Origin: Minisyncoccota bacterium
GTDB lineage: Bacteria > Patescibacteriota > Minisyncoccia > Phycocordibacterales > DATDSR01
Length of the DNA: 64,000 bases
Reading direction: 5' to 3'
Assembly (NCBI GenBank): GCA_036517655.1
Contig: DATDVE010000023.1
Coordinates: 1,358 to 65,357 of the forward strand
In this document: in pieces, positions 1 through 8,513 of the stretch
Position numbering within the stretch: position 1 is the stretch's first letter
Layout of the letters: each line of letters begins with the position of its first letter
Notes under the pieces: generated by a model
What the model was told of the DNA's origin: nothing
The model's database searches: none
The model's input: the letters and a program-made list of their open reading frames with translations, nothing else
Position numbers and translations under genes: made by a program

Positions 1-396
1 GTCTTGTTGCTTTTCTTTATAAAGCCGTTCACAAAGTAAATTGTTTCGTCTATAACAAAAAATGTAAATCTACTATTCTTTACAATCAACTCCCGTATCT
101 TGCCTCGTAAACTTTTAGTGCGAGCTAGTTCAAGGTGTCCCTCTACCATAACAGATATTGAAGCGGCAAGTTTAGCTCTCTGATCGATAGGCAATGTGTC
201 TATAAACTCCTTGGCTGGTTGCAGAAATCTTGTTTTCACTGTTCTTAGTATAGCAAAGTTGCTATATCAATGTCAAGCAGGATATTCAGGTGATCAATTG
301 ATTCGGAGGATGAGTATTAAGCTCTTGTTTCGGCCTGTATTTAAGAGCTAAAAACTGATAAAATATAAGAACCCGAAGGGGATTCGAACTATCAAA

Positions 397-897
397 ATGG
401 CAAAATTATATATCATGTGCGGCTTAGCATTTTCTGGCAAAAGCACGCTGTCTAGAAAAGTTTCAGGAAGTAAGGGATACGAGCTATTAGCCTTTGATAA
501 GCTTTGGGTAGAAACAGAAAAGGAACGATATGTGCCACAGGGGGCAGAAGGCTGGAGGCTGATCCGAGATCTGGCTCAAGAAAAAGTGCTTGCCACTCTT
601 AAATCCGGTATCTCCGTAGTCTACGATGACAACAATCCGAAAAAAGAACATAGGGAGGAATTGAGAGAAGTGGCGAGAAAAGCAGAAGTAGAATCATTTG
701 TTATATATTTAGACACGCCCTTGGATATCATTAGGGCCAGAGAAGAAGCTAACCGAACTTTGCAGAATCGGCATGATGTCGACCCCGTAAATTTTGATAA
801 AGTTTTAAAAGATTTAGAACCTCCAACCTCTGACGAAAATGTAATTGTATTCAGACCAGAAGACGATGTAGAAAAGTTCGTTGGCCGTTTGAAATAA
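397..897 (+). CDS. P-loop NTPase / small kinase-like protein (AAA_33-like)
   Basis: Walker A GLAFSGKST near N-terminus; 166 aa; size and motif typical of zeta-toxin/gluconokinase-like P-loop kinases. Confidence 0.55.
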   Translation: MAKLYIMCGLAFSGKSTLSRKVSGSKGYELLAFDKLWVETEKERYVPQGAEGWRLIRDLAQEKVLATLKSGISVVYDDNNPKKEHREELREVARKAEVESFVIYLDTPLDIIRAREEANRTLQNRHDVDPVNFDKVLKDLEPPTSDENVIVFRPEDDVEKFVGRLK

Positions 898-906
898 ATA
901 AACAAA

Positions 907-1458
907 ATGAGAGTTGTGGTTATAAGACATACGGAGACAGACTGGAACAAAGATGGTCGCTATCAGGGCCGCACTGATATTCCCATTAATGATATTGGAG
1001 AAAAACAAGCAAGAGCACTGGGTGAGGAATTAAAATTGCTAAACATTAAGAAAATTATCAGTTCGGATCTCACGAGAGCGATTCAGACAGCAAGAATTGT
1101 GAATGAAGCACTCAATTTACCACTGGTCATAGACGAAAGGTTGCGGGAATCAGGATTCGGTGAGATTGAAGGGCATACTAAGCAAGAAGTAGGAGAAAAA
1201 TTTGGCCAAGAATGGATAAAGCATCTAGACGATCACCATGTAGCGTACAATTTTAGACCACTTGGAGGAGAGCATCGTGATGATGTGTTGAATCGGTATT
1301 TAGAAGTGATTGATGGGTTGGCCGAAGAGCATACAGTCGATACTATTCTATTAGTAGCACATGGTAGGGGGTTACGAACACTCGCGGGGCACATGGGCCA
1401 GCCTCCAGATATTGAGCGAGGCGAGTATCGAGTATTTGAGTATCCTGCCGGGCAGTAG
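907..1458 (+). CDS. histidine phosphatase family protein (phosphoglycerate mutase-like / CobC-like)
   Basis: N-terminal RHTET (RHG-type catalytic His motif), 183 aa, ATG 10 nt after previous stop. Confidence 0.7.
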   Translation: MRVVVIRHTETDWNKDGRYQGRTDIPINDIGEKQARALGEELKLLNIKKIISSDLTRAIQTARIVNEALNLPLVIDERLRESGFGEIEGHTKQEVGEKFGQEWIKHLDDHHVAYNFRPLGGEHRDDVLNRYLEVIDGLAEEHTVDTILLVAHGRGLRTLAGHMGQPPDIERGEYRVFEYPAGQ

Positions 1459-1527
1459 TTTAAGCGTATCTCGGGTAAACTATCCACAGATTAGGAAAGT
1501 TTTTACTGTTGCTCTATTGGGGGTAGA

Positions 1528-3918
1528 ATGGATTATCTTACTAATAACTTTATTACGTACATGGCACACACTAAGTCCCGCGCCGCTCACAAGAATTCTG
1601 CAAAGAAATCTGCAGTTACGAAGAAAGTTACCTGGCCGAAGGAGATAACCAAGCGTGATGGGCGATTGGTGCCATTTGAACAAGAGAGAATTACTGCGGC
1701 GGTGACAAAGGCAATGGTGGCTGCGGGCGAATTCGTGATCGCGGCACCCGAACTTGTGCGTGATGCAGTTGTGGCGGAGCTCGGCAAGATGCATATGGCC
1801 AATCCCGCCTATATGCCAACGGTGGAGGCGCTCCAAGACATCGTCGAGAAGCAATTAATTTTGAATAAATTCCCGGCCACAGCTAAAGCCTACATTTTAT
1901 ACAGGCAGAAACATGCCGAGATGCGCAAGCAGGGGCGCGAGGTACCCGAGAAGGTACGCGAACTTGCGGAAGAGAGTTCCAAATTTTTCTCCAACAAACT
2001 TTCTGAACTTGTCTACTACACCACTTACTCGAAGTGGATACCGGAAGAGAATAGGCGCGAGACTTGGATCGAGACGGTGGATCGCTACATAAACTTCATG
2101 CGCGAGAACTTGGGAGATAAGTTGCGTGAGGATGAATACGCGGAAGTTCGCGATGCAATGCTACACATGCGCTCGATGGGTTCGATGCGTTTGCTTTGGT
2201 CAGCAGGACCTGCGGCACGCAAGAGCAATGTCTGCGCGTACAATTGCTCGTTCATCGCGCCGTCGTGTTGGAAGGATTTCGCCGAGATAATTTATATCTC
2301 GATGTGCGGCACAGGACTCGGCTTCTCTGTCGAGCAACAGACAGTGGGACTCTTACCTATGATCGAGCGCCAGAATGGCAAGAAGTTGGCCAATTATGTT
2401 ATTGATGATTCGAAGGAGGGTTGGGCCAATGCGCTCTGGCATGGCATGGAGACTTGGGCAGCTGGTCAGGATGTAGAATTTGATTTCTCGAAGATTCGTC
2501 CGGCCGGTGCACGGCTTGCCACTATGGGCGGTCGGGCTTCTGGCCCCGAGCCTCTGCGCAGGCTGCTTGCCTTCACGCGCGAGCGCATGCTCTCTCGTCA
2601 GGGTCGCCGCCTTACTCCGCTTGATGTGCATGACATTATCTGTATGGAGGGGGAATGTGTGGTAGCCGGTGGAGTGCGTCGCAGCGCCCTTATCTCGATC
2701 TCTGATCTTGACGATACAGATATGCGCCATGCCAAGGACGGCCAGTTCTATCTGCAGAATGCCCAGCGAGCCATGTCCAACAACTCGGCTGCTTACAACG
2801 AGAAGCCCTCTGTCGAAGTTTTCCTCGATGAGTGGAACAATTTGGTCAAATCTGGCTCAGGTGAGCGGGGAATTTGGAATCGCGGCTCGCTCAAAAAGCA
2901 ATTACCAGTGCGTAGGTGGAAGCTCTTTGAGCGTGACATGTGGCGCTCTGGCGTTAATCCTTGTGGCGAGATCGTGCTCAAGAGCAAAGAATTCTGCAAC
3001 CTAACTGAAGTTTGCGCCCGCAAAGAAGATACAGAAGATACTTTGATGGAGAAGGTCAGGATAGGTGCGATACTGGGTACGTATCAAGCAACTTTGACGA
3101 ACTTCGGTTTCTTATCACCCGAATGGAAGAAGAATTGCGAGGAAGAAGCTCTTTTGGGTGTCTCAATAACTGGCCAATGGGATTGTCCGGCCTTGCGCAA
3201 CCCTAACACGTTCAGGAAATTGAAAGAGGTTGCGATAGAAACTAACAGGGAGTACGCGACTAGATTCGGCATTAGGCCCTCTGCTGCGATTACTTGCGTC
3301 AAGCCATCCGGTAACACATCTCAACTCTTTAACTCAAGTTCTGGCATGCACCCTCGACATGCGCCTTACTATATTAGGCGAGTTCGCATAGAGGGACATA
3401 ATCCGATCTTCAAGATGCTCAAGGAAGCAGGTGTGCCGTACTTCCCTGAAGTGGGCCAGAATGTGGATACGGCTACTACCTTCGTACTCGAATTCCCAAT
3501 CAAGGCACCAGATAAATCTGTCTTCAAAGATGACATGACAGCTATCGAGCAATTGGAATACTGGAAGATGGTCAAGGAGAATTTCACCGAGCATAATCCA
3601 TCCACTACAATTTCGGTGGGTGATAGCGAGTGGTTGCAAGTAGCAAATTGGGTTTATGCGAACTGGGATATGGTAGGAGGACTCTCGTTCTTGCCACGCT
3701 CTAATCATGTCTATCGTCTGGCTCCGTACGAAGAGATAACCAAAGATCAATATGACGAATTGGTGAAGAAGTTCCCAGACCTAGACTTCGCCAAACTCGT
3801 GCTCTACGAATACGATGATGCCAATGCCAACCAAGGAGCCAAAGAGCTGGCCTGTGTCTCGGGAGTCTGCGAAGTAGATGTTTCAACGAGCGACCTGGTA
3901 AAAGAAGGCAAAGCTTAG
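1528..3918 (+). CDS. nrdJ: ribonucleotide reductase, class II (adenosylcobalamin-dependent, NrdJ-like)
   Basis: 796 aa; N-terminal ATP-cone-like segment (VTKRDGRLVPFEQERI), conserved active-site Cys context NPCGEI and CNLTE, single-polypeptide RNR length. Confidence 0.7.
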   Translation: MDYLTNNFITYMAHTKSRAAHKNSAKKSAVTKKVTWPKEITKRDGRLVPFEQERITAAVTKAMVAAGEFVIAAPELVRDAVVAELGKMHMANPAYMPTVEALQDIVEKQLILNKFPATAKAYILYRQKHAEMRKQGREVPEKVRELAEESSKFFSNKLSELVYYTTYSKWIPEENRRETWIETVDRYINFMRENLGDKLREDEYAEVRDAMLHMRSMGSMRLLWSAGPAARKSNVCAYNCSFIAPSCWKDFAEIIYISMCGTGLGFSVEQQTVGLLPMIERQNGKKLANYVIDDSKEGWANALWHGMETWAAGQDVEFDFSKIRPAGARLATMGGRASGPEPLRRLLAFTRERMLSRQGRRLTPLDVHDIICMEGECVVAGGVRRSALISISDLDDTDMRHAKDGQFYLQNAQRAMSNNSAAYNEKPSVEVFLDEWNNLVKSGSGERGIWNRGSLKKQLPVRRWKLFERDMWRSGVNPCGEIVLKSKEFCNLTEVCARKEDTEDTLMEKVRIGAILGTYQATLTNFGFLSPEWKKNCEEEALLGVSITGQWDCPALRNPNTFRKLKEVAIETNREYATRFGIRPSAAITCVKPSGNTSQLFNSSSGMHPRHAPYYIRRVRIEGHNPIFKMLKEAGVPYFPEVGQNVDTATTFVLEFPIKAPDKSVFKDDMTAIEQLEYWKMVKENFTEHNPSTTISVGDSEWLQVANWVYANWDMVGGLSFLPRSNHVYRLAPYEEITKDQYDELVKKFPDLDFAKLVLYEYDDANANQGAKELACVSGVCEVDVSTSDLVKEGKA

Positions 3919-3931
3919 TAAGCTTGTTGTA

Positions 3932-4183
3932 ATGGAAGAAAATAAAATACTTCAATCTCTGGCGGGTGTGCAAAAAAGTGTTAATGATCTTTCGAGTGAC
4001 TTACGTTCTTTCAAGAAAGAAGTAAGGGACGAGTTTACTCAAGTGCACGAAAGTCTCGCCGAACTTAAAGCCTCTGCAGGAGCCACAGACAAGATCCTTG
4101 AACAACACCCAGTAAAGAGAATAGAAAGAATAGAATCACACCTAAACCTGACAAAATTTTCACTAGAATCTTCCGACGAATAG
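3932..4183 (+). CDS. hypothetical small coiled-coil protein
   Basis: 83 aa ORF with heptad-like charged/hydrophobic pattern; no recognisable motif. Confidence 0.3.
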   Translation: MEENKILQSLAGVQKSVNDLSSDLRSFKKEVRDEFTQVHESLAELKASAGATDKILEQHPVKRIERIESHLNLTKFSLESSDE

Positions 4184-4187
4184 CCTA

Positions 4188-4216
4188 TTGCAAAATAAAC
4201 TAGAGTGTGATATAAT
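4188..4216 (+). promoter_or_regulatory. sigma70-like promoter with extended -10 (TTGCAA-N17-TGaTATAAT) followed by RBS AAGGAGG
   Basis: TTGCAA 4188-4193, 17-nt spacer, TG-n-TATAAT 4211-4216; AAGGAGG 4240-4246, 6 nt before ATG at 4253. Confidence 0.5.
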
Positions 4217-4252
4217 TGACATAGGGTGATCAAGCCCTAAAGGAGGTACTTC

Positions 4253-4531
4253 ATGAAGGCCCAAAGGCTCTCTAGGGCGGAGTTTTTCGCCAAGATCGCA
4301 AGAATCGGTAATGTGCACAAGAAGTGCCGTGACCCAAAGGTCCTAGCGGCGGCAGCCGAGCGCGATGGCATCCCAATCAAGAGCGTTGCAATGACCGGAG
4401 ACCCGATTATGGAGGCACTCGTAGTTGTGAGTTTTCCGGAGGAGTGTTCCCCAGTCCATTTTATCGTAGCATTCGAATGGGCATGGGAGCACTATCACCG
4501 GGCTTGCTCAAGGCTAAGAAATAAGCGCTAG
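4253..4531 (+). CDS. hypothetical protein
   Basis: 92 aa ORF with strong RBS and promoter upstream; no recognisable domain. Confidence 0.4.
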   Translation: MKAQRLSRAEFFAKIARIGNVHKKCRDPKVLAAAAERDGIPIKSVAMTGDPIMEALVVVSFPEECSPVHFIVAFEWAWEHYHRACSRLRNKR

Positions 4532-4543
4532 GGCGCTTACGAG

Positions 4544-5707
4544 ATGTCGGGTTACAGTCGCCGAGCCGCAAGCTCGGCGACTTTCCTTCTATGCTATACT
4601 TTTTATATGCTGGACGGACTTTTCGTACGTAAGGCAAACTATGATCGAGTAGATTCTATATTGAAACGCGAAAATTTTGCATTCACTAGTGATGACGTCA
4701 CCTCTTTTTTAAAGGGAAACCAAAAGGGCTTGCGTTATGGCAACAAGGTGTTGCTACGTAATGAGGCGGGTATTTTCCAGAAACGCTTCTTAAAAATCGT
4801 CATCGACGGCACTTATAGAACGTATAACTTATTTAAGCGCCAGGTGAAAATAACAGAAGCTCTTCAAGAAGATAAGAATTTTGATTCCCGAACGTTGGCT
4901 GTGGTGCGCTCTTCTGTGAAGCCACCAGTTCCATATGCTATTTTCGAAACTCTTGATGAAGGTGATGGGTTTGGCTTTATGCATGACAACTTGTCTTTTT
5001 ATGAAAAATTTACAGAACAGGAGATGGAAAAACTTGTTGAGACAATGTACAAATTCCACGAGGCCGGGGCAAATGTTAATCAAAAAACCATAAAGCTGGC
5101 TCGTGACATTCCACCTAGATTAAAGACTTATGTTAAAGAAGCAGATAAACTGCTTGGTACTCGTGTTGTTCACAAAAAGAAGGACGGAAGTGAGACTAAG
5201 GAGCAAGTTGGCACACTAATTGCCCAGTATATGGGTATAACGGATGTTAAATCACGCGTATCAAATGCATTTCAGCAGAATTTTGTGCGCATCAGAGCAA
5301 TGGAATCAAGTAACTATTTTTTAGTACATGCAGATATGCAGATTGATAATGTGTACAGACACAATAATGGAGATTTTGAGCTAATTGATTTTGAGTGGGT
5401 GGGAAGAACAAAGAATCATGCTGTTGCTATTATGTATGACTACGGCAACCTACGTGCTCGAGCTTGGTCATCAAAAAGGTTTCAATTAATGCTAGATGGT
5501 ACTATGATTAATGTTGGTGCCAGGTACAAGTACAGTCCAGACCTAGTTAAGGCGGGGCTTACATTAGGGAAGCTACGTTCTTCACTAATGATGGCCAGGT
5601 TTCATTTAGATTTTACTAACACAGTTAAAGAAGATAAACGCACAGAAGGGCAATATTATGATATGTACCCAAGAACAATCGCTACTCTTGCTGAAGTTTT
5701 AAAGTGA
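4544..5707 (+). CDS. protein-kinase-like fold phosphotransferase (APH/CotH-like), function unknown
   Basis: 387 aa; Brenner-type catalytic motif HADMQIDNV and DFG-like LIDFEW, as in aminoglycoside/choline kinase-like enzymes. Confidence 0.45.
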   Translation: MSGYSRRAASSATFLLCYTFYMLDGLFVRKANYDRVDSILKRENFAFTSDDVTSFLKGNQKGLRYGNKVLLRNEAGIFQKRFLKIVIDGTYRTYNLFKRQVKITEALQEDKNFDSRTLAVVRSSVKPPVPYAIFETLDEGDGFGFMHDNLSFYEKFTEQEMEKLVETMYKFHEAGANVNQKTIKLARDIPPRLKTYVKEADKLLGTRVVHKKKDGSETKEQVGTLIAQYMGITDVKSRVSNAFQQNFVRIRAMESSNYFLVHADMQIDNVYRHNNGDFELIDFEWVGRTKNHAVAIMYDYGNLRARAWSSKRFQLMLDGTMINVGARYKYSPDLVKAGLTLGKLRSSLMMARFHLDFTNTVKEDKRTEGQYYDMYPRTIATLAEVLK

Positions 5708-5710
5708 TAG

Positions 5711-5747
5711 CAAAACGGACCACTTGCGCGGTCCGTTTTGATTTTTG
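5711..5747 (+). terminator. rho-independent terminator hairpin (AAACGGACC...GGTCCGTTT followed by T-tract)
   Basis: 9-bp stem, 6-nt loop, followed by TTTTGATTTTTGTTG directly after the stop of the 4544..5707 CDS. Confidence 0.6.
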
Positions 5748-6215
5748 TTGTACGTGCCTATAAGCCGGATTCTGTCCTCCCTTGCGGGATGGATAATCAT
5801 TTGTCTTGATCCGATATTGCTATCGAGATTCTTTGCGAGCACTCTGCCAATCTTGCCCACCGCAGGTGGTTGCAATGATTGAGCACCCTTCCGTAGCCTT
5901 GGCGAAGGAGGGCGGGTAACCCTACTACGCTAAAGCTTCGCAGGGCTCTCAATTTTGCAGCTGCCAGCGGCAGGCAAAATTGGAGCACGACTCTTGCACA
6001 CAGGTAAGTATTTTGCCGTTTCATCCGAACTTAATCGGTTCGTCACTGTTCGCAACTCTTGGATTGCTCCAGATGGGCATTACCCACTACCTTCTCCCAC
6101 TTCGCACAAGGCTTCGCGGGACGTGTGTCCGGACTTTCCTCCCCACTTCGCACAAGGCTTCGCGGGGCGATTATCCGGCACGTACATGATCAATTATATC
6201 ATATCTAGGCTACAA
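5745..6215 (-). ncRNA. rnpB: RNase P RNA (bacterial type), approximate ends
   Basis: Minus strand carries the universally conserved P4 halves GGAGGAAAGUCCGGAC (revcomp of 6127-6142) and ACAGAAUCCGGCUUAUAG (revcomp of 5758-5775), about 365 nt apart, which is the right spacing and order for RNase P RNA. Confidence 0.7.
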
Positions 6216-6422
6216 AATCAACTTAATACCGCGTTTGGGCCTTTTTAGGCCTTCTTTTTCAGCGAATTTCTCGAGTTCTGAGATATTATAGACTCTGTAG
6301 CCATTCTTGTTACGCCTGGCTTTAAGCTTGCCTGTCTTGTCCCAGTTGCGCAGAGTTTCCACGGAGATCCTTAAGATCTCTGCCGCTGATCTGATAGTTA
6401 CCAAGCCGCCGTTCATTCCCAT
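6210..6422 (-). CDS. excisionase-family / MerR-like helix-turn-helix DNA-binding protein
   Basis: 70 aa; HTH_17-like segment SAAEILRISVETLRNWDKTGKL; no integrase adjacent. Confidence 0.5.
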   Translation of the reverse strand: MGMNGGLVTIRSAAEILRISVETLRNWDKTGKLKARRNKNGYRVYNISELEKFAEKEGLKRPKRGIKLIL

Positions 6423-6519
6423 TAGAAACTCACGATATAGTTTGCTAATTTTATCATAGTTGTGTGTGGTGTTGATTTGGGGTGTTTCTAACGGGACACG
6501 TGTGATAGACTGATTCTAA

Positions 6520-8508
6520 ATGGAAGAGAAGAAAATAGCCAGTGCTCTCCTCGCCCTACTTGCTTTCGTCCTGCCTATTGCCGAGCTTCCTTTCGGAGCG
6601 AGTGTCATCACGGCTGACAAGAAGTTGATATTTGCCATCGGGTCTATCCTCCTCATACTAGTATGGTCGGTAGCCCGCATTATTGACGGTAGCTTTGTTG
6701 TCCCCAGGTCATCTCTACTATATGCCGGATTTGCCGTTGGACTCGCATATCTGGCTGGGGCGATTTTTTCCTTAGATAGAGCAACCTCCTTTTCCGGAAA
6801 TCTCTTCGATAACGAAACTTTTTGGGTAATTGCTCTCCTGCTTGCCCTAATGTATATCTCGAGCTTGGCCTTCCAGAATCTTCATCGTGCGGCGCTGTTC
6901 TATCTTGCCTTACTTGCCTCCGGAGCTCTCTTATTTGTAAATGAGGTCCTGCGCGCCTCTTTCGGATGGAATCTTGGAGCTCTCGGCAAGTTATACGACG
7001 TTGGTATCTTTTTCGGCCTCATTCTTCTCCTTGCTCTAATCTTCCTTGAATTTGCCCCGAAGACTGCTTTCCTGCGACGGGCGAGTTTGGTAATGTTTGT
7101 AATTTCGCTTTTTGCTCTACTTGTTATCAATTTCACTCTTGTCTGGTGGGTGATTGGAGTTTGTTCTCTTGTCCTCATATCCCGCACTCTCTACAGCCGG
7201 AAGTGTAACAGCCTACCTCCCACGGTTCCGTATTTCCCAGTGATTGTAGTTGTTGTTTCTATATCCGCAATTATTTTTGGTTACCTAGGTGGTCCAATTG
7301 AGAGAGTCACCTCAACAATTGCTCCGCACCCCTTTGAAGTTCGGCCCTCTCCTTCTATGACTTGGGATGTTGCCCTTAGTTCGCTTGCCACGAATCTAGC
7401 TTTTGGCATCGGCCCAAATCTCTTTGTGCAGGAGTGGCACATGAGTAAGCCGGATTCTGTGAATACTGGTGACTACTTCGGGGCTGACTTTAACGTTGGT
7501 TTTAGTCATTTGCTCACTGCTCCAGTGACTGTGGGTTTATTTGGTTTCCTTGCTTCCCTTTCTCTCATTTGCGCTCTCGGTCTCTACTTGTTTAAGGCCT
7601 TGCGACAGAGTTTGACAGATAGTCCGCAGGTGGCCTATGTACTGGCGTCCTTATTCGGTGCAGTTTACATGCTAGTTTTTTCTGTCTTGTATATTCCGGA
7701 TCTGGTAATCCTTGCTACTACATTTATCCTCATCGGTATTTCTGTCGCATTGGGTGTTCTTGGTGGGGGGATACGTGAGTTGGTCGTGTCATCAAAGATT
7801 TTCCCTCACGTGCGGACATCCGTGGTGCTCGCTCTTGTTGTCCTTGCTCTCGGAAGTCTGTCGCTCTCATATTTGTATATACAGAAGTATAGAGCTTTCG
7901 CCTCCTTTGAGGCGGGCCTTTTCGAGAAGGCGGCCGCGATCGATAATTTTGACGCCTATTACAGGTCCTTGTCCCTCGACTACGTTTCCAAATTCACAGA
8001 AGTTCTCTCTAGGCCGATACCTGGCAGTGAGTCGGAAGTCGGAGCTCTGCGGGAGGAGTTTGCAAACTATTTCGATCAGGCCTCCATAAACGCAAGGGCG
8101 GCGATAGAGGTTGGACCCCATAACTATCTCAACTACGTTCTCCTCGGCAACCTGTATGAGACTGCCACAGCCCTAAATATTGACGGAGCATACGAATACG
8201 CAGGCGAAAATTATAGAAGGGCGATAGAACTTAATCCAACTAATCCGGCCTTGCTGCTTGACCAGGCTCGACTCGAAATCGTCAGAAATAATCCCGAAGG
8301 AGCGGTAGAGCCGCTTGCGGCCGCTATCAGAATGAAGCCAAACTACATTCCCGCTTACATCCTAGAGGCAGAGGTTGCCTTCCAGGCGGGGGACTATGTT
8401 GCGGCTCTAGAGAAGCTCGAACTTGTCTCAAGCTTTGCCCCGGATGATCCGAATGTGATCGCGGCTCTCTCAAATCTAAAGGCCGGTAACGCTCCGTATA
8501 GTCGCTAG
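6520..8508 (+). CDS. polytopic membrane protein with C-terminal TPR repeats (O-antigen ligase/PglL-like architecture?)
   Basis: 662 aa; more than 10 predicted TM helices over about 440 aa, then TPR-like repeats (NYLNYVLLGNLYE..., YRRAIELNPTNP..., AEVAFQAGDYVAALEKL). Confidence 0.55.
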   Translation: MEEKKIASALLALLAFVLPIAELPFGASVITADKKLIFAIGSILLILVWSVARIIDGSFVVPRSSLLYAGFAVGLAYLAGAIFSLDRATSFSGNLFDNETFWVIALLLALMYISSLAFQNLHRAALFYLALLASGALLFVNEVLRASFGWNLGALGKLYDVGIFFGLILLLALIFLEFAPKTAFLRRASLVMFVISLFALLVINFTLVWWVIGVCSLVLISRTLYSRKCNSLPPTVPYFPVIVVVVSISAIIFGYLGGPIERVTSTIAPHPFEVRPSPSMTWDVALSSLATNLAFGIGPNLFVQEWHMSKPDSVNTGDYFGADFNVGFSHLLTAPVTVGLFGFLASLSLICALGLYLFKALRQSLTDSPQVAYVLASLFGAVYMLVFSVLYIPDLVILATTFILIGISVALGVLGGGIRELVVSSKIFPHVRTSVVLALVVLALGSLSLSYLYIQKYRAFASFEAGLFEKAAAIDNFDAYYRSLSLDYVSKFTEVLSRPIPGSESEVGALREEFANYFDQASINARAAIEVGPHNYLNYVLLGNLYETATALNIDGAYEYAGENYRRAIELNPTNPALLLDQARLEIVRNNPEGAVEPLAAAIRMKPNYIPAYILEAEVAFQAGDYVAALEKLELVSSFAPDDPNVIAALSNLKAGNAPYSR

Positions 8509-8513
8509 CATCT

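Noticed and set aside
5955-6248. ORF-track proteins 5955..6248 (+), 5980..6189 (+) and 5797..6024 (-)
   Set aside because: They lie inside or antisense to the RNase P RNA defined by both P4 halves. Their translations are low-complexity (repeated HKASR... derived from the duplicated hairpin), so they are not coding.
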